Shown piece after piece: positions 11,655-23,530 of a stretch of 64,000 bases of DNA. The first letter of the stretch is position 1. Every line of letters begins with the position of its first letter. The notes beneath the pieces were generated by a model. That model searched no databases. It was not told the origin of the DNA and saw only the letters and a program-made list of their open reading frames with translations. The position numbers were made by a program, and so were the translations under genes. The stretch comes from Octopus vulgaris (Eukaryota): contig OX597825.1 of NCBI GenBank assembly GCA_951406725.2, forward strand, positions 50,096,001 to 50,160,000. Reading direction: 5' to 3'.

Positions 11655-12393
11655 TTAATGCGGTGGTTGGGACGGTAGCTAGTATATAGTTGTTCTTTGT
11701 TGATTAGGGGTCTCCTGTTGTGATTTATGGTGTGTGTTCTTGGAGCAGTATTGAGGAGAGCATCCCGATATCCCATATTCGGGTGTGGTGTTCTAGGAGG
11801 CCTTCGTTGGTAATCATTGCAAGTGGTGTGGGTTTGTTGTGCATGGTTGTTTAACCGGTTAATGGGACGAAGATTTCGTTGGTAACTCCTTTGGGTGGGG
11901 ATGAGGTTGCAGTGTCTATGCTGTGGGTGTTGATTTATCCTTTCTCTGCTTGAAGTGGGGGTATTCCTGATATTGTATCGCTGGCTGCTTACAGAGTTAG
12001 GGTTAGGTCCTGTATTCTTTTTTTGATAGTAGTGAAGGTTCCGATTTTTAGACAGGTGTGTATCGGTGTTTGGGTGTTGTTTTGGTTTTCTTATTTTCTG
12101 GAAAGGGTTGTTGGAGGCGTGCTCTGTTTGAAAGACGGCTTCATAGTCTGAGAACCAAGTGGCGCTTTTCTCCCAGCGTTGGAGAGATTTTAGTTCTTCT
12201 TTTTCACAGTCCTCTTTCCATAGTTTGGAGAACTTCTCTTGATCTGGGCCTTGGGTCATTTTGCGAATTTCTTCGTTGATATCTTCATCGGTGGATTTTA
12301 TTTTATCCTCATTCGTTTGGGCCCTCAATTTCAGAAGTTCTATTTCCATTTTCATTTTTTCCAGTGCCATTCTCTCCCTGAGGTGTCTTTGTG
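11615..12393 (-). CDS. PLE ORF1/N-terminal region (coiled-coil plus basic N/Q/R/H-rich disordered region), 5'-truncated
   Basis: Stop-free frame LRERMALEKMKMEIELLKLRAQ...LWKEDCEKEELKSLQRWEK...HRINFLDPIRKHRDTR*; overlaps the RT frame (-1) by 40 nt. Confidence 0.75.
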
Positions 12394-12616
12394 TCTTTTT
12401 TGCTGAAGTTTGGTTTGTGTTTTTGTTTGTGCATATGTTGATATGGGTAATTTGATATGTGGTCACAGAAATCATCAAGTGTTTTATTCTTACCTTTCGA
12501 GGGGGTGTAGTTACACCTATTTCTGGCTAACGATTCGTCCTCGTTGTATTTATCGTATAGCTCCTCAGTAAGTCTTAATTTTCTGCAGAATTCTGCGATG
12601 TCTTCTTTCATTTCAT
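12394..12616 (-). repeat. Direct duplicate of internal RT segment 11260-11482, fused to the 5' end of the PLE
   Basis: ~223 bp with 2 substitutions seen (K>R, S>C); TCTTTTTT microhomology at the junction. Confidence 0.92.
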
Positions 12617-12808
12617 ACAAACATATGCATATCAGTATAAATGAAGGAGACGTGTGCATGAAAGTCCCACACATGCACCGGACACAGTCTTACACTTATA
12701 TACATACATATACACATACACATAGGTACGCACTCACACACATATACATATAAAATATATACATATACTCACACACGTACACGTTCACACAAAAAGGAAA
12801 ACGGAAAC

Positions 12809-12862
<54 letters not shown>

Positions 12863-12864
12863 GA

Positions 12865-13660
12865 ATTAAAAGTTAATGGAGGTTAACATATTTGGGAAAG
12901 CTTGTGCTGGTGCATACCAAAAATGAGGATTGTAGCCCTGATTTTGGTTGAGGGTAAAACCGTAACAGGTATTTTGTCCCATTGGGACATGATCCAAAAA
13001 GTTCAGTTCTTGAATTTAAACATGTAGCAGGGTCCAATGACCTTTTCCATATGAGCCATCTTTCCATATATTACAAATATCACACTTGCTACTACCGTTG
13101 GTAAAAGGTTTACACTTGGCTAAGATCTTCCAGTAAATCCTGTAGTTGACACCTTGTTCTTTTAAGAACCATATATAACTGGATAATTTGGTAGTTTTTC
13201 GTTTATTCCACTGTCTGAAGCTTAAGGTATGATTGCTGAATCTTGCTTTGAAATTTCCCTCTGGGAAATATCTAATGGATGAAATTGTATTAGCGTTCGG
13301 TGGCTTCATAAATAATAGCCTCAGTCACACAGGCTCCATTTAACGGGCATAAGCCTTTATCCCTGTAGGAACAGCCGGCTTCGTGTTGTTACGTTGCATT
13401 GTGTGTAATTGTGCTTTTAAAGTGTGGGGTTGAACTAAAACTAATTTTTGGGTCATGCCTATTAAAGAGTTTTCTATATTTATGATGTATTGGAAAATAT
13501 CTATCTATAAGTGACTAGAAATATTTGGTATATATTGTTATGGTAAAATCGAATGTTTTCATAAGATGGATATTATCCTTCCTTAACCGATCTTGCGCTA
13601 GTCCATTGGCATTCTTAGCTAAAGCTAGAGTATCAACCCTATAGATATCGAAATATACAC
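12865..13660 (-). mobile_element. Decayed Naiad-type PLE fragment (GIY-YIG C-terminus)
   Basis: GCSYRDKGLCPLNGACVTEAIIYEA (CxCx5C-like), FKARFSNHTLSF, TKLSSYIWFLK, CDIC, LNSRTELF; frameshifted. Confidence 0.8.
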
Positions 13661-13798
13661 CAGGAATTTGTGTGTATGCGTGTGTGTATGTATTTATATA
13701 TGTTCCAGTTGTTCCCAGACTTTTCCCTACTAAGAACCCTTTTTATTTAGATGAGTTTTCCCACGGAACCCCTTTTAATATGCCTGTCCTTATGTGTC

Positions 13799-13851
<53 letters not shown>

Positions 13852-13854
13852 CAT

Positions 13855-14215
13855 ATATATATATGTATAGAGAGAGAGAGTGAGAGACAGAAAGAGAGAG
13901 TTACGCGGTGTAGCTGTGTGGTAAGAGGCTTGCTTCCCAACTACATGGTTCCGGGTTCACTACCACTGCGTGGCACATTAGACTAATGCCTTCTGCTATA
14001 GCTTCGCGTCAAGCAAAGCCTTTTGAGTGGGTTTGGTAGACTCAAAAGGCTTTGCTTGACGCGAGGCTATAGCAGAAGGCATTGGTCTAATGTGCCACGC
14101 AGTGGTAGTGAACCCGGAACCATGTAGTTGGGAAGCAAGCCTCTTACCACACAGCTACACCGCGTAACTCTCTCTTTCTGTCTCTCACTCTCTCTCTCTA
14201 TACATATATATATAT
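13855..14215. repeat. Near-perfect palindrome of a SINE head plus its flanking (GA)n
   Basis: Arms ~13855-14028 and 14040-14215, 11-nt loop, two C/T mismatches. Confidence 0.95.
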
Positions 14216-14284
14216 ATAAATGTATTATATATATATGTATATATATAAATGTATTATATATATATGTATATAAATATATATATG

Positions 14285-14321
<37 letters not shown>

Positions 14322-14322
<1 letters not shown>

Positions 14323-14361
14323 GGTTACCGGCGAACTAAATTCAAAATTTGAATTATACAA

Positions 14362-14395
<34 letters not shown>

Positions 14396-14435
14396 TTGTA
14401 TAAATCAAATTTTGAATTTAGTTCGTCGGTAACCA
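14322..14435. repeat. Palindrome centred on (TA)n
   Basis: TGGTTACCGGCGAACTAAATTCAAAATTTGAATTATACAAAGA-(TA)n-TCTTTGTATAAATCAAATTTTGAATTTAGTTCGTCGGTAACCA. Confidence 0.93.
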
Positions 14436-14931
14436 GGATTCCGCCGATCACTGGTTTAGAACCAATCATATATACTATGGGCTTCTTTTAGTTTACCCCC
14501 AACTCAGAAGGCTTTGACCGGCCCCAGGTTATAGTATAAGGCACTGGCCCACCGTGCCGCCGAGTGGAATTTTAAGCTGAGGCCATGTAGTATGTATATT
14601 ATTGACATTTGAAAATTATAATGTAACAAAGGCAGCTATACACAGAATAAAAGCAAAAGAGGAAAAACTTCAGTTGTCACTAATTGTGACAGAGTGAGCC
14701 GAGTAGCAACTATATTGCTAGAAATAAGAGTAAAAACCCTTAGAGCCGCAAGAAAGTACATTTTGATATACTGATATATCATTTTGATATATATATAGGC
14801 GAAGCTAGATCACAATACTAGACTAGTTTCACCTGAAAATTACAAGCTTGTCAATGACTACTCCTTAGCTGACTGGTTTGGCTAAATCAGGACTATAAGT
14901 ATGTATATATGTATGTATGTATCTATGTATG

Positions 14932-14971
<40 letters not shown>

Positions 14972-14975
<4 letters not shown>

Positions 14976-15360
14976 AAAAAATAAGGTATTCAGAGATCTG
15001 GATGGTTGTACATCTCTTTTTAAAGTATTAGTGAATGAATTGGGGTGGAGAGAGAGGGGTGAAATATGAGTAATATGCAGTGTATAGGGTAGGTCTCACT
15101 TTCTTCTTCGACTATCTCTCCATTCCTCTTACTTTTTCCCTACCCTATACACTCCACATTACTCTTCTCCCCCCCCCCCCCTCCTTCTCTCCACCCCAAT
15201 CTATTCACTAATACTTTAAAAAGAGACAAGTCCCGTCACAAAATTTAAATCTGAAGAATCTATTAGAGTAGATGAAATCGCTTAAATGTGATTTGTAAAA
15301 ACATATATTTGTATATAAACAAACGTCCAGATCTCTGAATACCTTATTTTTTCTAATATA
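14972..15360. mobile_element. Inverted pLTR-like module with a degenerate hammerhead (+ strand, ~15251-15290)
   Basis: AGAAAAAATAAGGTATTCAGAGATCTGGA ... TCCAGATCTCTGAATACCTTATTTTTTCT; CTGAAGA-ATCTA(TTAGAG)TAGAT-GAAA. Confidence 0.7.
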
Positions 15361-15653
15361 TATGATATCTGTACATCACCGCCAAACCTTCTAACATATA
15401 TTTGAAAGTGATCATGCTGGAACCCCACCATGTAAATTTATGGCTCATTTAGCAAAATGCTAATGTGAAAATTGTAAAATAACGAATTCGCTTATGGGTC
15501 GGTTATCTGTGTGTGTGTATGTGTGTGTGTGTGTATGTGTGTGTGTGTGTGTGTGTGTGCGCGTGTGTATAGAAATAGAATTAAGCATATTTTTTAAAAA
15601 TTTTATCAGTGATCATCATATAAAATGTACCTATTTAGGTACATTTAGGTACA

Positions 15654-15704
<51 letters not shown>

Positions 15705-15865
15705 ATATAAAATGCAATTACAATTAAGAGCACAGAGATTCCTATGCCTACAAGCTGAAGATAGACGGTAAAACCGTGCGACCAATTCAAACTATCATTA
15801 TATGATTTACACTTGTAAATTACAAAGTGATATTTTAAAGTGGTTATATGGATTTAGCGTCTATC

Positions 15866-16178
15866 TTCAAATACGACCATCAGAGCACTCCCAGATTTTC
15901 CCACCCCCTTTCCTCATCAGCCTTCTTCCTCTACTACCCTACCAAGAACTCACAACAACCTCCAACACACAAGTGCAAACAAGGGAGTCAGAGAAAGGCA
16001 GAATGCCACTTATATCTGAACACTACTATAGAAATATTCCTTTAAAAAAACTTTTCTTCTAATTTTTCTAAATTTAATTATTTAATCGTTACAGTTCAAA
16101 AGGTCTCAAAATGACCGAAACCGGTACTGAAATGTTCACTATAAAATTATTTTAGCATTTTCTATATTTGACTTGTTT

Positions 16179-16186
<8 letters not shown>
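15866..16186 (+). mobile_element. Solo pLTR of the same family as the 8470-12616 PLE, opposite orientation
   Basis: Reverse complement of ~8495-8808; hammerhead core reads TTCAAAA (G5>C at 16097); ends in (TA)n. Confidence 0.9.
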
Positions 16187-16215
<29 letters not shown>

Positions 16216-16550
16216 AGTGTGTGTGTGTTCATGTGCATACGTGCGTGTGTGTTTGTGTATTTATATACCTATGTATATAAGCAGACATGCATATATATAT
16301 TCAGCAGTGCCCTTCGATGGCTTTCGTTGTGATAATTAAGATATTTAAAAGAATCTAATGACTAAATAGTAAATACTTTTGCATAAGCCATTTACTTTCT
16401 GCAATGACTGCTTCTTAAATAACAATTGTTTAATGTATAAAGTTACTCAGGAGGGTGCACTGCATATAAAATATTTTAATCAACGATTCATATTTTGATT
16501 TACGTCACCGTTTCTTCTTCGCTCTTATAAATATTGATGTCTTTAACTAG

Positions 16551-16773
16551 GTGCCTTGAATTGTCTTGCTGCAGTCAGTGACAGAGGAGACAAGAATTAC
16601 AATAACAACCAGCATGAGCAACAACATAAGCATAACATCATTGGTGGTACATATGCTACTCTGTGTCAATTTCCTTGGATGGTAGTATTGTTGATAACTA
16701 CAAACAAAGGTGAATTCCTGTGTGGTGGATCGATAATTGATAACCAGCATATATTAACTGCAGCTCATTGTGT
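16551..16773 (+). CDS. S1A serine protease, exon 2 (propeptide, IIGG mature N-terminus, His57 motif TAAHC)
   Basis: TAG acceptor; ...QHKHNIIGGTYATLCQFPWMV...LCGGSIIDNQHILTAAHCV; GTAAGT donor, phase 2. Confidence 0.95.
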
Positions 16774-17482
16774 GTAAGTAAAACTATATTCATTGTATTT
16801 ATGTAAGGCGAGTTAAGAGAAGAATCTCACTTCCAGAAGGTTCCAGGCCATGTCAGGAACCTTCTGGGGCCACACCTTCTTAAGCATCCAAGTTATGTGG
16901 ATCAAGATCGGATCCTAATAAAAAGTGAGTATGTGAGGAATGATTGATGTTTTGTTTGATTTTTAACATTGGTAGAAGGCCGCAGACGTTTTAGGAGTTA
17001 AGATCATTAACTAAAATAAGACCACCCAGGAATAAAACTGGTGTAAATGCTATAATGTATAAGGAAGAGAGAAAATATCTGTTCCAGTTGTTTATTGACA
17101 TAAAATTTAAAAGAGCGATACTAAATACTGAGAGAATACTTTCCATTAGCCTTGCTTAGTTCTTGTACTATTAAAGACATAAATGGCTATGAAAGCCCAA
17201 AAGTATTGAAACAAATATATTGACTGCACGAGACATTTTCTCCAGTGCCAGTTTCTAGCAAAGAAAATGCATATTTCAAACAGCAAATTACTGGTAGTTC
17301 ATTTACGTGAAAATTAGAGGGAAATTAGTTATATAAACATAATGTAAAACACACACTACATATGAATATGAGTTTGGATTTATATATGCATACATATTTG
17401 TGTGTATGTGTTTGACTGTGTGCGTGCGTGTGCGTCTGCGCGTGTGTGTGTGTGTGTGTATGTGTGTGTGTGCGTGTGCGTC

Positions 17483-17535
<53 letters not shown>

Positions 17536-17730
17536 AAAGAATAGGTGAGAGCTAGAAATGCTCAGTACTGAAAACACTCAGTAGTAGCCAAATGAATCTG
17601 AATCTAAACTCCGAATTCTTCATCCAGGTCTAGGTTCACGGCAACATGAGTGGCTAAAAGAGAAATCCAAGGCGAGCTGATATGGAGGTAGTGACGTACA
17701 TAAACACAATTAGGCTTGACGAATACAAAG

Positions 17731-17761
<31 letters not shown>

Positions 17762-18305
17762 GATACACATAGACACACATACCTACATATATTCAAAAGC
17801 GTAAACATATATATCTAGAGACATATATATATACAAATATATTTATACAGCGTATACAAAATACAGTATACTAAGAAGAGAATATGCAAATTCTTAACTA
17901 GACAGCTATTTCGGGAAGATCGCATTTACATAATAATCGCAACGTTCGTAATTTGTTGATGGAATGTGAAAATAGACGCAGGGTATGCAGCCGGTAAACT
18001 GTCACAGAGTACACCTTCCTTCATCAAGAAAAATTTAACAAAAGTTTTTGCCAACATTCTATGAATGATGTGTTGCATACTCAAGGTATTTGTACGTTCC
18101 ATTTTCAATATATGAACATTAAGATTACTATATAAGTATAGGCTTCCTGACACAGTTTTCCAGTCAAGTAATTATATATTCACTTAGTATTCTGCCTTTT
18201 GTATGTTCCATGTAAATGCATATCTATGTATGAATATATATGTGTGTGTAAAAATATATATTTGTATATATGTGTTGTGTGTATGTATGTATGTATGATT
18301 GTATG

Positions 18306-18368
<63 letters not shown>

Positions 18369-18419
18369 GATATATATGTGTGTGTGTGTACGTATACATT
18401 ACCACCTTGAGTAAAAAGA

Positions 18420-18830
18420 AAGTAACGTTTGAACCATGAACACTTTTGTAGCGGACATTTGCAGAGTTTTGAATTTCTTAAACTTTTTTTTTTAATTGTC
18501 TGATAATACAGACATAGACTTTCCCGAACGCATCAATACATTAGCAGTGATATTTTTCACCGTTCTTACAATCATATGAAATAGAGCTATCAGACAGCTA
18601 TATTCGAGCAATTTTGCTATTCAACTTCGAAAAAGGACGTAACGCAGCTGAAACTGCTCGCGATATCAATGAAACGCTTGGTGAGGAAATGACCAGTGAG
18701 TGGTGACCTCAAAAATGATTTAAACGATTTTGCAGTGGATATGTATATGATATATCTCCACTGAAATATATCATATATGGGCGTAGTGGACGCCCATCTC
18801 TCATCAATGACGGTCCATTAAAGACCTACT
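18420..18830 (+). mobile_element. mariner transposase remnant (N-terminal HTH)
   Basis: IRAILLFNFEKGRNAAETARDINETLGEEMTSEW*PQK*FKRFCSG...GRSGRPS, with stops. Confidence 0.75.
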
Positions 18831-19046
18831 CTGTGATCTTAGAGTGTGTAAACAAGGGAAAAGGATATGAAAATGAAAGGAAATGAAAAAAAATGGGAAA
18901 CCTAATCGGGGTGGATGTGCTTGAAAGAGGTAAAGCAGAAACTTAAAATTTAGAGTTTAACTGAAAAGTGGTCGAGAAAATTATAAAGTATGTTACTTTT
19001 GAACGAATATGGCTTAGGTTAATTGAAGATACATAAACACATGCAC

Positions 19047-19147
<101 letters not shown>

Positions 19148-19184
19148 AAGATACATAAACATAAATATACATATACACACATAA

Positions 19185-19256
<72 letters not shown>

Positions 19257-19349
19257 AGAGAGAGAGAGATTCGGATGAATAAGGTACTTAGGTTGAGGCA
19301 CCAGTATTTAGTACGGTATTATTCATACAATTTCAAAATAAGATGATTA

Positions 19350-19753
19350 TAAATCAAAATAAGCAACATGATATCTAGAGGTAATGCAGTACGATTCTTT
19401 GAAGCGACTCTATTTCATTGAACAATCTAATCATTACATCAATTTAAATGCAGATCAATCCTCGGTTGCATAAATACATAGAATTAAATTAAATTAAAAT
19501 AGATGGACACTTTAGTATAATTTTTACCTAAAGACTCCAAGAATGTAAAGAGATAGACAAAGCTCATGCTGTCTTCACTTCAGCTTAGAAGCTACTAAGG
19601 CATCAGGAAAAAAACTTGTTAGAGATCTGTATATATGGAGTTGAGGATTGCTCTGCATGTAAATTGATGTAATGATTGCATTATTAAATTAAATGGAGTC
19701 GCGCTTGAAACTATCGTACTGCATTACCTCTGGATAGCCTGTTGCTTATTTTG

Positions 19754-19757
<4 letters not shown>
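19350..19757. mobile_element. Diverged inverted pLTR-like module next to (TA)n
   Basis: Arms ~19350-19462 and ~19643-19757; GAAACTATCGTACTGCA resembles a hammerhead 3' half. Confidence 0.6.
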
Positions 19758-19791
<34 letters not shown>

Positions 19792-19824
19792 GTGAGCCAT
19801 GTGTGTGTGTGTGTGTGTGTGTGT

Positions 19825-19980
19825 TATATATCTATATACACATTATACATCATATATACATATATAATGCACTCACACACACACCTTTGTATTAACAGTG
19901 TGTACAGACACTTACGTAATTACTAAAGCATGCACAGATATGCGTATGTATATATATACATACACACACACACACACACA

Positions 19981-20023
<43 letters not shown>

Positions 20024-20145
20024 TGTGTGTGTGTGTGTGTGTGTGTGTATGTTATTTTATTCTCTTATTTGTTTCAGTTATTTGGTTGCAATCATGCTGG
20101 AATACCGCTACCAGGGTTTTAGTCGAAGAAATAGACCCCAGGATG

Positions 20146-20187
<42 letters not shown>

Positions 20188-20629
20188 CATACATATATTA
20201 TATGCATGTATGTATGTGTATGTATGTATGTATGTATGTATGTATGTATGTATGTATGTATGTATATGCATGTGTGTGTTTGTGTGTGTCTTTGTGTTTG
20301 TATTTCCATTACCGCTTGAGTTTACATCTCCGTAACAAGGAGACCGATAGAATATTAGGCTTTAAAAATTAAGTCCTGGGGTCTATTTCTTCGATTAAAA
20401 CCCCTGGTAGCGGTACTCCAGCATGATTGCAACCAAATAACTGAAACAAATAAGAGAATAAAATAACATACACACACACACACACTATATATATATATAT
20501 ATATACATACGCATATCTGTGCATGCTTTAGTAATTACGTAAGTGTCTGTACACACTGTTAATACAAAGGTGTGTGTGTGAGTGCATTATATATGTATAT
20601 ATGATGTATAATGTGTATATAGATATATA
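19825..20629. repeat. Local inverted duplication of unique plus SINE-tail DNA in protease intron 2
   Basis: Arms 19825-20143 and 20374-20629 are near-identical reverse complements, including non-repetitive sequence (CTTTGTATTAACAGTGTGTACAGACACTTACGTAATTACTAAAGCATGCACAGAT). Confidence 0.93.
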
Positions 20630-20665
20630 CTTACATATATATATAGAGAGAGATAAATAAATAGG

Positions 20666-20747
<82 letters not shown>

Positions 20748-20848
20748 TATAGATAGATAGATAGATACGGCGTACGTACGTGTATATGCCAGTGAGTGAG
20801 GGTGATATTCGTTGTGTGTGACAGCTCATATCTTTGTTCGTCTTGCAG

Positions 20849-20973
20849 AAAAGGCGCCACACAAGTCCTAGTTTCGGCTGGAGGAAATGACCGATACAAA
20901 ATGGAAGTACAAATGGTTGTTAATAAATCCAACATACATGCTAATCAAAATTACACCGGACCAGACTTATTCC
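20849..20973 (+). CDS. S1A serine protease, exon 3
   Basis: TCTTGCAG acceptor; KGATQVLVSAGGNDRYKMEVQMVVNKSNIHANQNYTGPDLF; GTAAAT donor; phases fit exons 2 and 4. Confidence 0.85.
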
Positions 20974-23159
20974 GTAAATATCCTCTTCTGCTTCTTTCTT
21001 ATGTTGTATCGAATTCATTCTTAACTAACTGCATCTATTATAACTATGAGCGAATTTCTATGCCATCTCTCACTCTGATCGGTACAGCAGTCGACTTTCC
21101 GCCAATTAGCACCTAGATATACTAGACATGTCAGTTTGCCATGGATGGAACGCCCCTGATCATAGATCTACTTAATCAGAGTTCACTGCTATCTAAACAA
21201 CCACGTTAATACCTGTTGTCGCTTTCCTATATGCTCTATAGTAACTTCACCTAAATGTCCATGTTACTAGGTTCCGTTTTTATAAAATACAAAGGACGGT
21301 CATGACGCCATGTTGCTTTAAGAAGTAAGTTGTCTCTCCTTGGCAGGTAATCTAATGTACGGAATTATCTTTAGCACTGACTGCAGACTTTGGACTTTAT
21401 TCATGCTGGTCACTGCCATTTAGAGCGTACGCCATCGTATTGGCACCAATACTTATTTCATTGTGTTGCTCATTCTATTGGACTCTAACATTTTAGTTTG
21501 GAGTGTTAAAGAGACACAACTTAAACAATAATATTGTCATAAACGTTAACAAGCACACACACACACACAAAGACGCAGGCGCATACTCGCACACACACTC
21601 ACACATCCACAATCACACACACGGTCCATCTACCAAATTATATTCATAAAGCACTGCTGAACCCGAGCCTATGATAAAAGATAGTTGCCGGAGACTCCGC
21701 GCAAATGTCTTGAATCTATGAGGTTGTCCTAAAGCAACCTCTTGAGCCGCATAGCCATGAACGCGCCAATGTATTTAGTCTTCCTGTGAAGATACGCCCC
21801 ATCATTTTTTTTGTGCAACTTCGAATGAAGATTGAGCAAAAAGTTAAAATCTGTTTAATCTATGTAAATGTGTATGTCATGTTGTTGTTATCGTATAATC
21901 CCAGATCAAGACCCAACACATGTATAATAAAAAGTGTTCCAATTGTTACCATCTAGTTTTATAATCCATATCGTTATCTAATGTAGCCATCATTTTTCGC
22001 TTTTATTTTTGCTTTGTTTTATTTTTTCTGTTCTTGAAGACGGTAACTTCTGGTTTGGAGGAAGTGTGGGAGTTACGTTCAAAACGATTTGATGTCTACG
22101 TAGAGCTCCCACATTAGCTCAATTCTCGAATAAATTTCTTTTAATGACTGTCCACTATTTTATTTTGTTCCACCAGCTGACACAACTTAGGATAATTTCC
22201 CATTACTCTTAGAACTTAATGATCCAGGGTTTCTATTCCTTAATTTTCATTATTTCTCTTTACATTTCCCTCTAATGTGTTACCTTTAATTCTTTATTTC
22301 ATTGTTTCTTTAAACTCTATGTCATTTCATCTTTCCCTCTCCCAATGAAATAGTTTCCCACAACAGAATTATTCAAAATATAACGTGTTATATTTTGTGG
22401 AAGGTTCAAGTCCACATAATTTAGGACTCAGTACTTTTGTATTTTAACCTTAAGAGAAGTATCTCTGAATGAGTCAATGTCGTAGCGTTGATGTTTCACT
22501 GCTACGATAACAATCATCATTATTTCTTATCAATATCTATCAAATTGAAATGCGAAAAAGTTGTTTGATTTCTTGGTTATTTGTCTCATTTTGGGATAGG
22601 AAAGGTTTAAGGGGCGGTAGATGGGGTAGGATTGGCGCCAAATTTACACTGGGGGTAAAATGGGGTGGACAATGGTGTGAGGAGGGTTACAAGTCGCTCG
22701 GAGCTACCGTTTGGTTGCCATGGTGAGGAATATGGGAAAAATTGAGTTTTATGGGATAGAAAGGTTGCGCTATTTGAATAATGGTGGCTTTTCATGTTGC
22801 TGCAGGGACTAGAGGCGGTTATCTTTAATTGTGGGTGTAAAAATTTGGGGGATTTTGGAAAGTGGAGTAAAGGAGAGGGCAATAAAAAGAATCAGGCAAA
22901 GAAGACGAACAAAACAAAGAAAGGAAAAGGAGACAACACGCACAAAACAACACCACCACCATAACCCGAGTGGAGCACGGGTCAAAATAGCTAGTCTAAG
23001 TATAAGTTTGAAAGATGAGTCAACAGAGAGGGGTTCCAGCTAGATGAAATATCCAAACGGTTTAAATGCACAAGTCTCCGATATCCAAGTAACTACAAAG
23101 TGTAGTAGAACGGTCCCCAAGAATTATGACCAGGATGCAACTCGGCCCCCTTTGACTTG

Positions 23160-23500
23160 AAGACACTAAAAGCCGAAGCACTTGGCAAACGGCTAAGTTA
23201 CGGGTATGTAAACACACCTACATGGGTTGTCACGAAACGGTGAGGGGACAAAGACAGACACAAAGACACATACACACACACGCACAAGCACACACACACA
23301 CACACAAGCACACACACACGCTCACACGCATATATATACGATGGCTTCCATCAGTTTTCGTCTACCAAATCCACTAATAAGTCTTTGGTCGGCCCGAGCC
23401 TATAGTAGAAGGTACTTGCCCAAAGTTTCACGCAGTGGGACTGAACCCGGACCCATAAGGTTTGGAAGCAAGCTTCTTACCGCAGAACAACGCCTGCGCC
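23160..23500 (-). mobile_element. Octopus-type SINE, ending ~30 bp upstream of the exon 4 acceptor
   Basis: Reverse complement of the SINE family head and body. Confidence 0.85.
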
Positions 23501-23530
23501 TATATATTCTTTACATTCTTTTCTTTACAG

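Larger units (their letters stand above)
8470..12616 (-). mobile_element. Penelope-like element (Neptune-type), young, 5'-truncated/rearranged, in protease intron 1, antisense to the host
   Basis: ORF1 + RT + GIY-YIG, 3' UTR/pLTR with hammerhead; 3' end abuts (TA)n at ~8426-8468. Confidence 0.93.

Noticed and set aside
11987-11992. Minus-strand GTAAGC donor spliced to TTTTTTAG at 11648 as an alternative to frameshifting
   Set aside because: The donor is phase 0 in ORF1 but joining to the RT frame needs phase 2; the spliced product hits a stop after ~24 codons. Other donors are not excluded
12309-12674. Independent 121-aa gene
   Set aside because: Chimeric ORF created by the duplicated RT segment and flanking DNA
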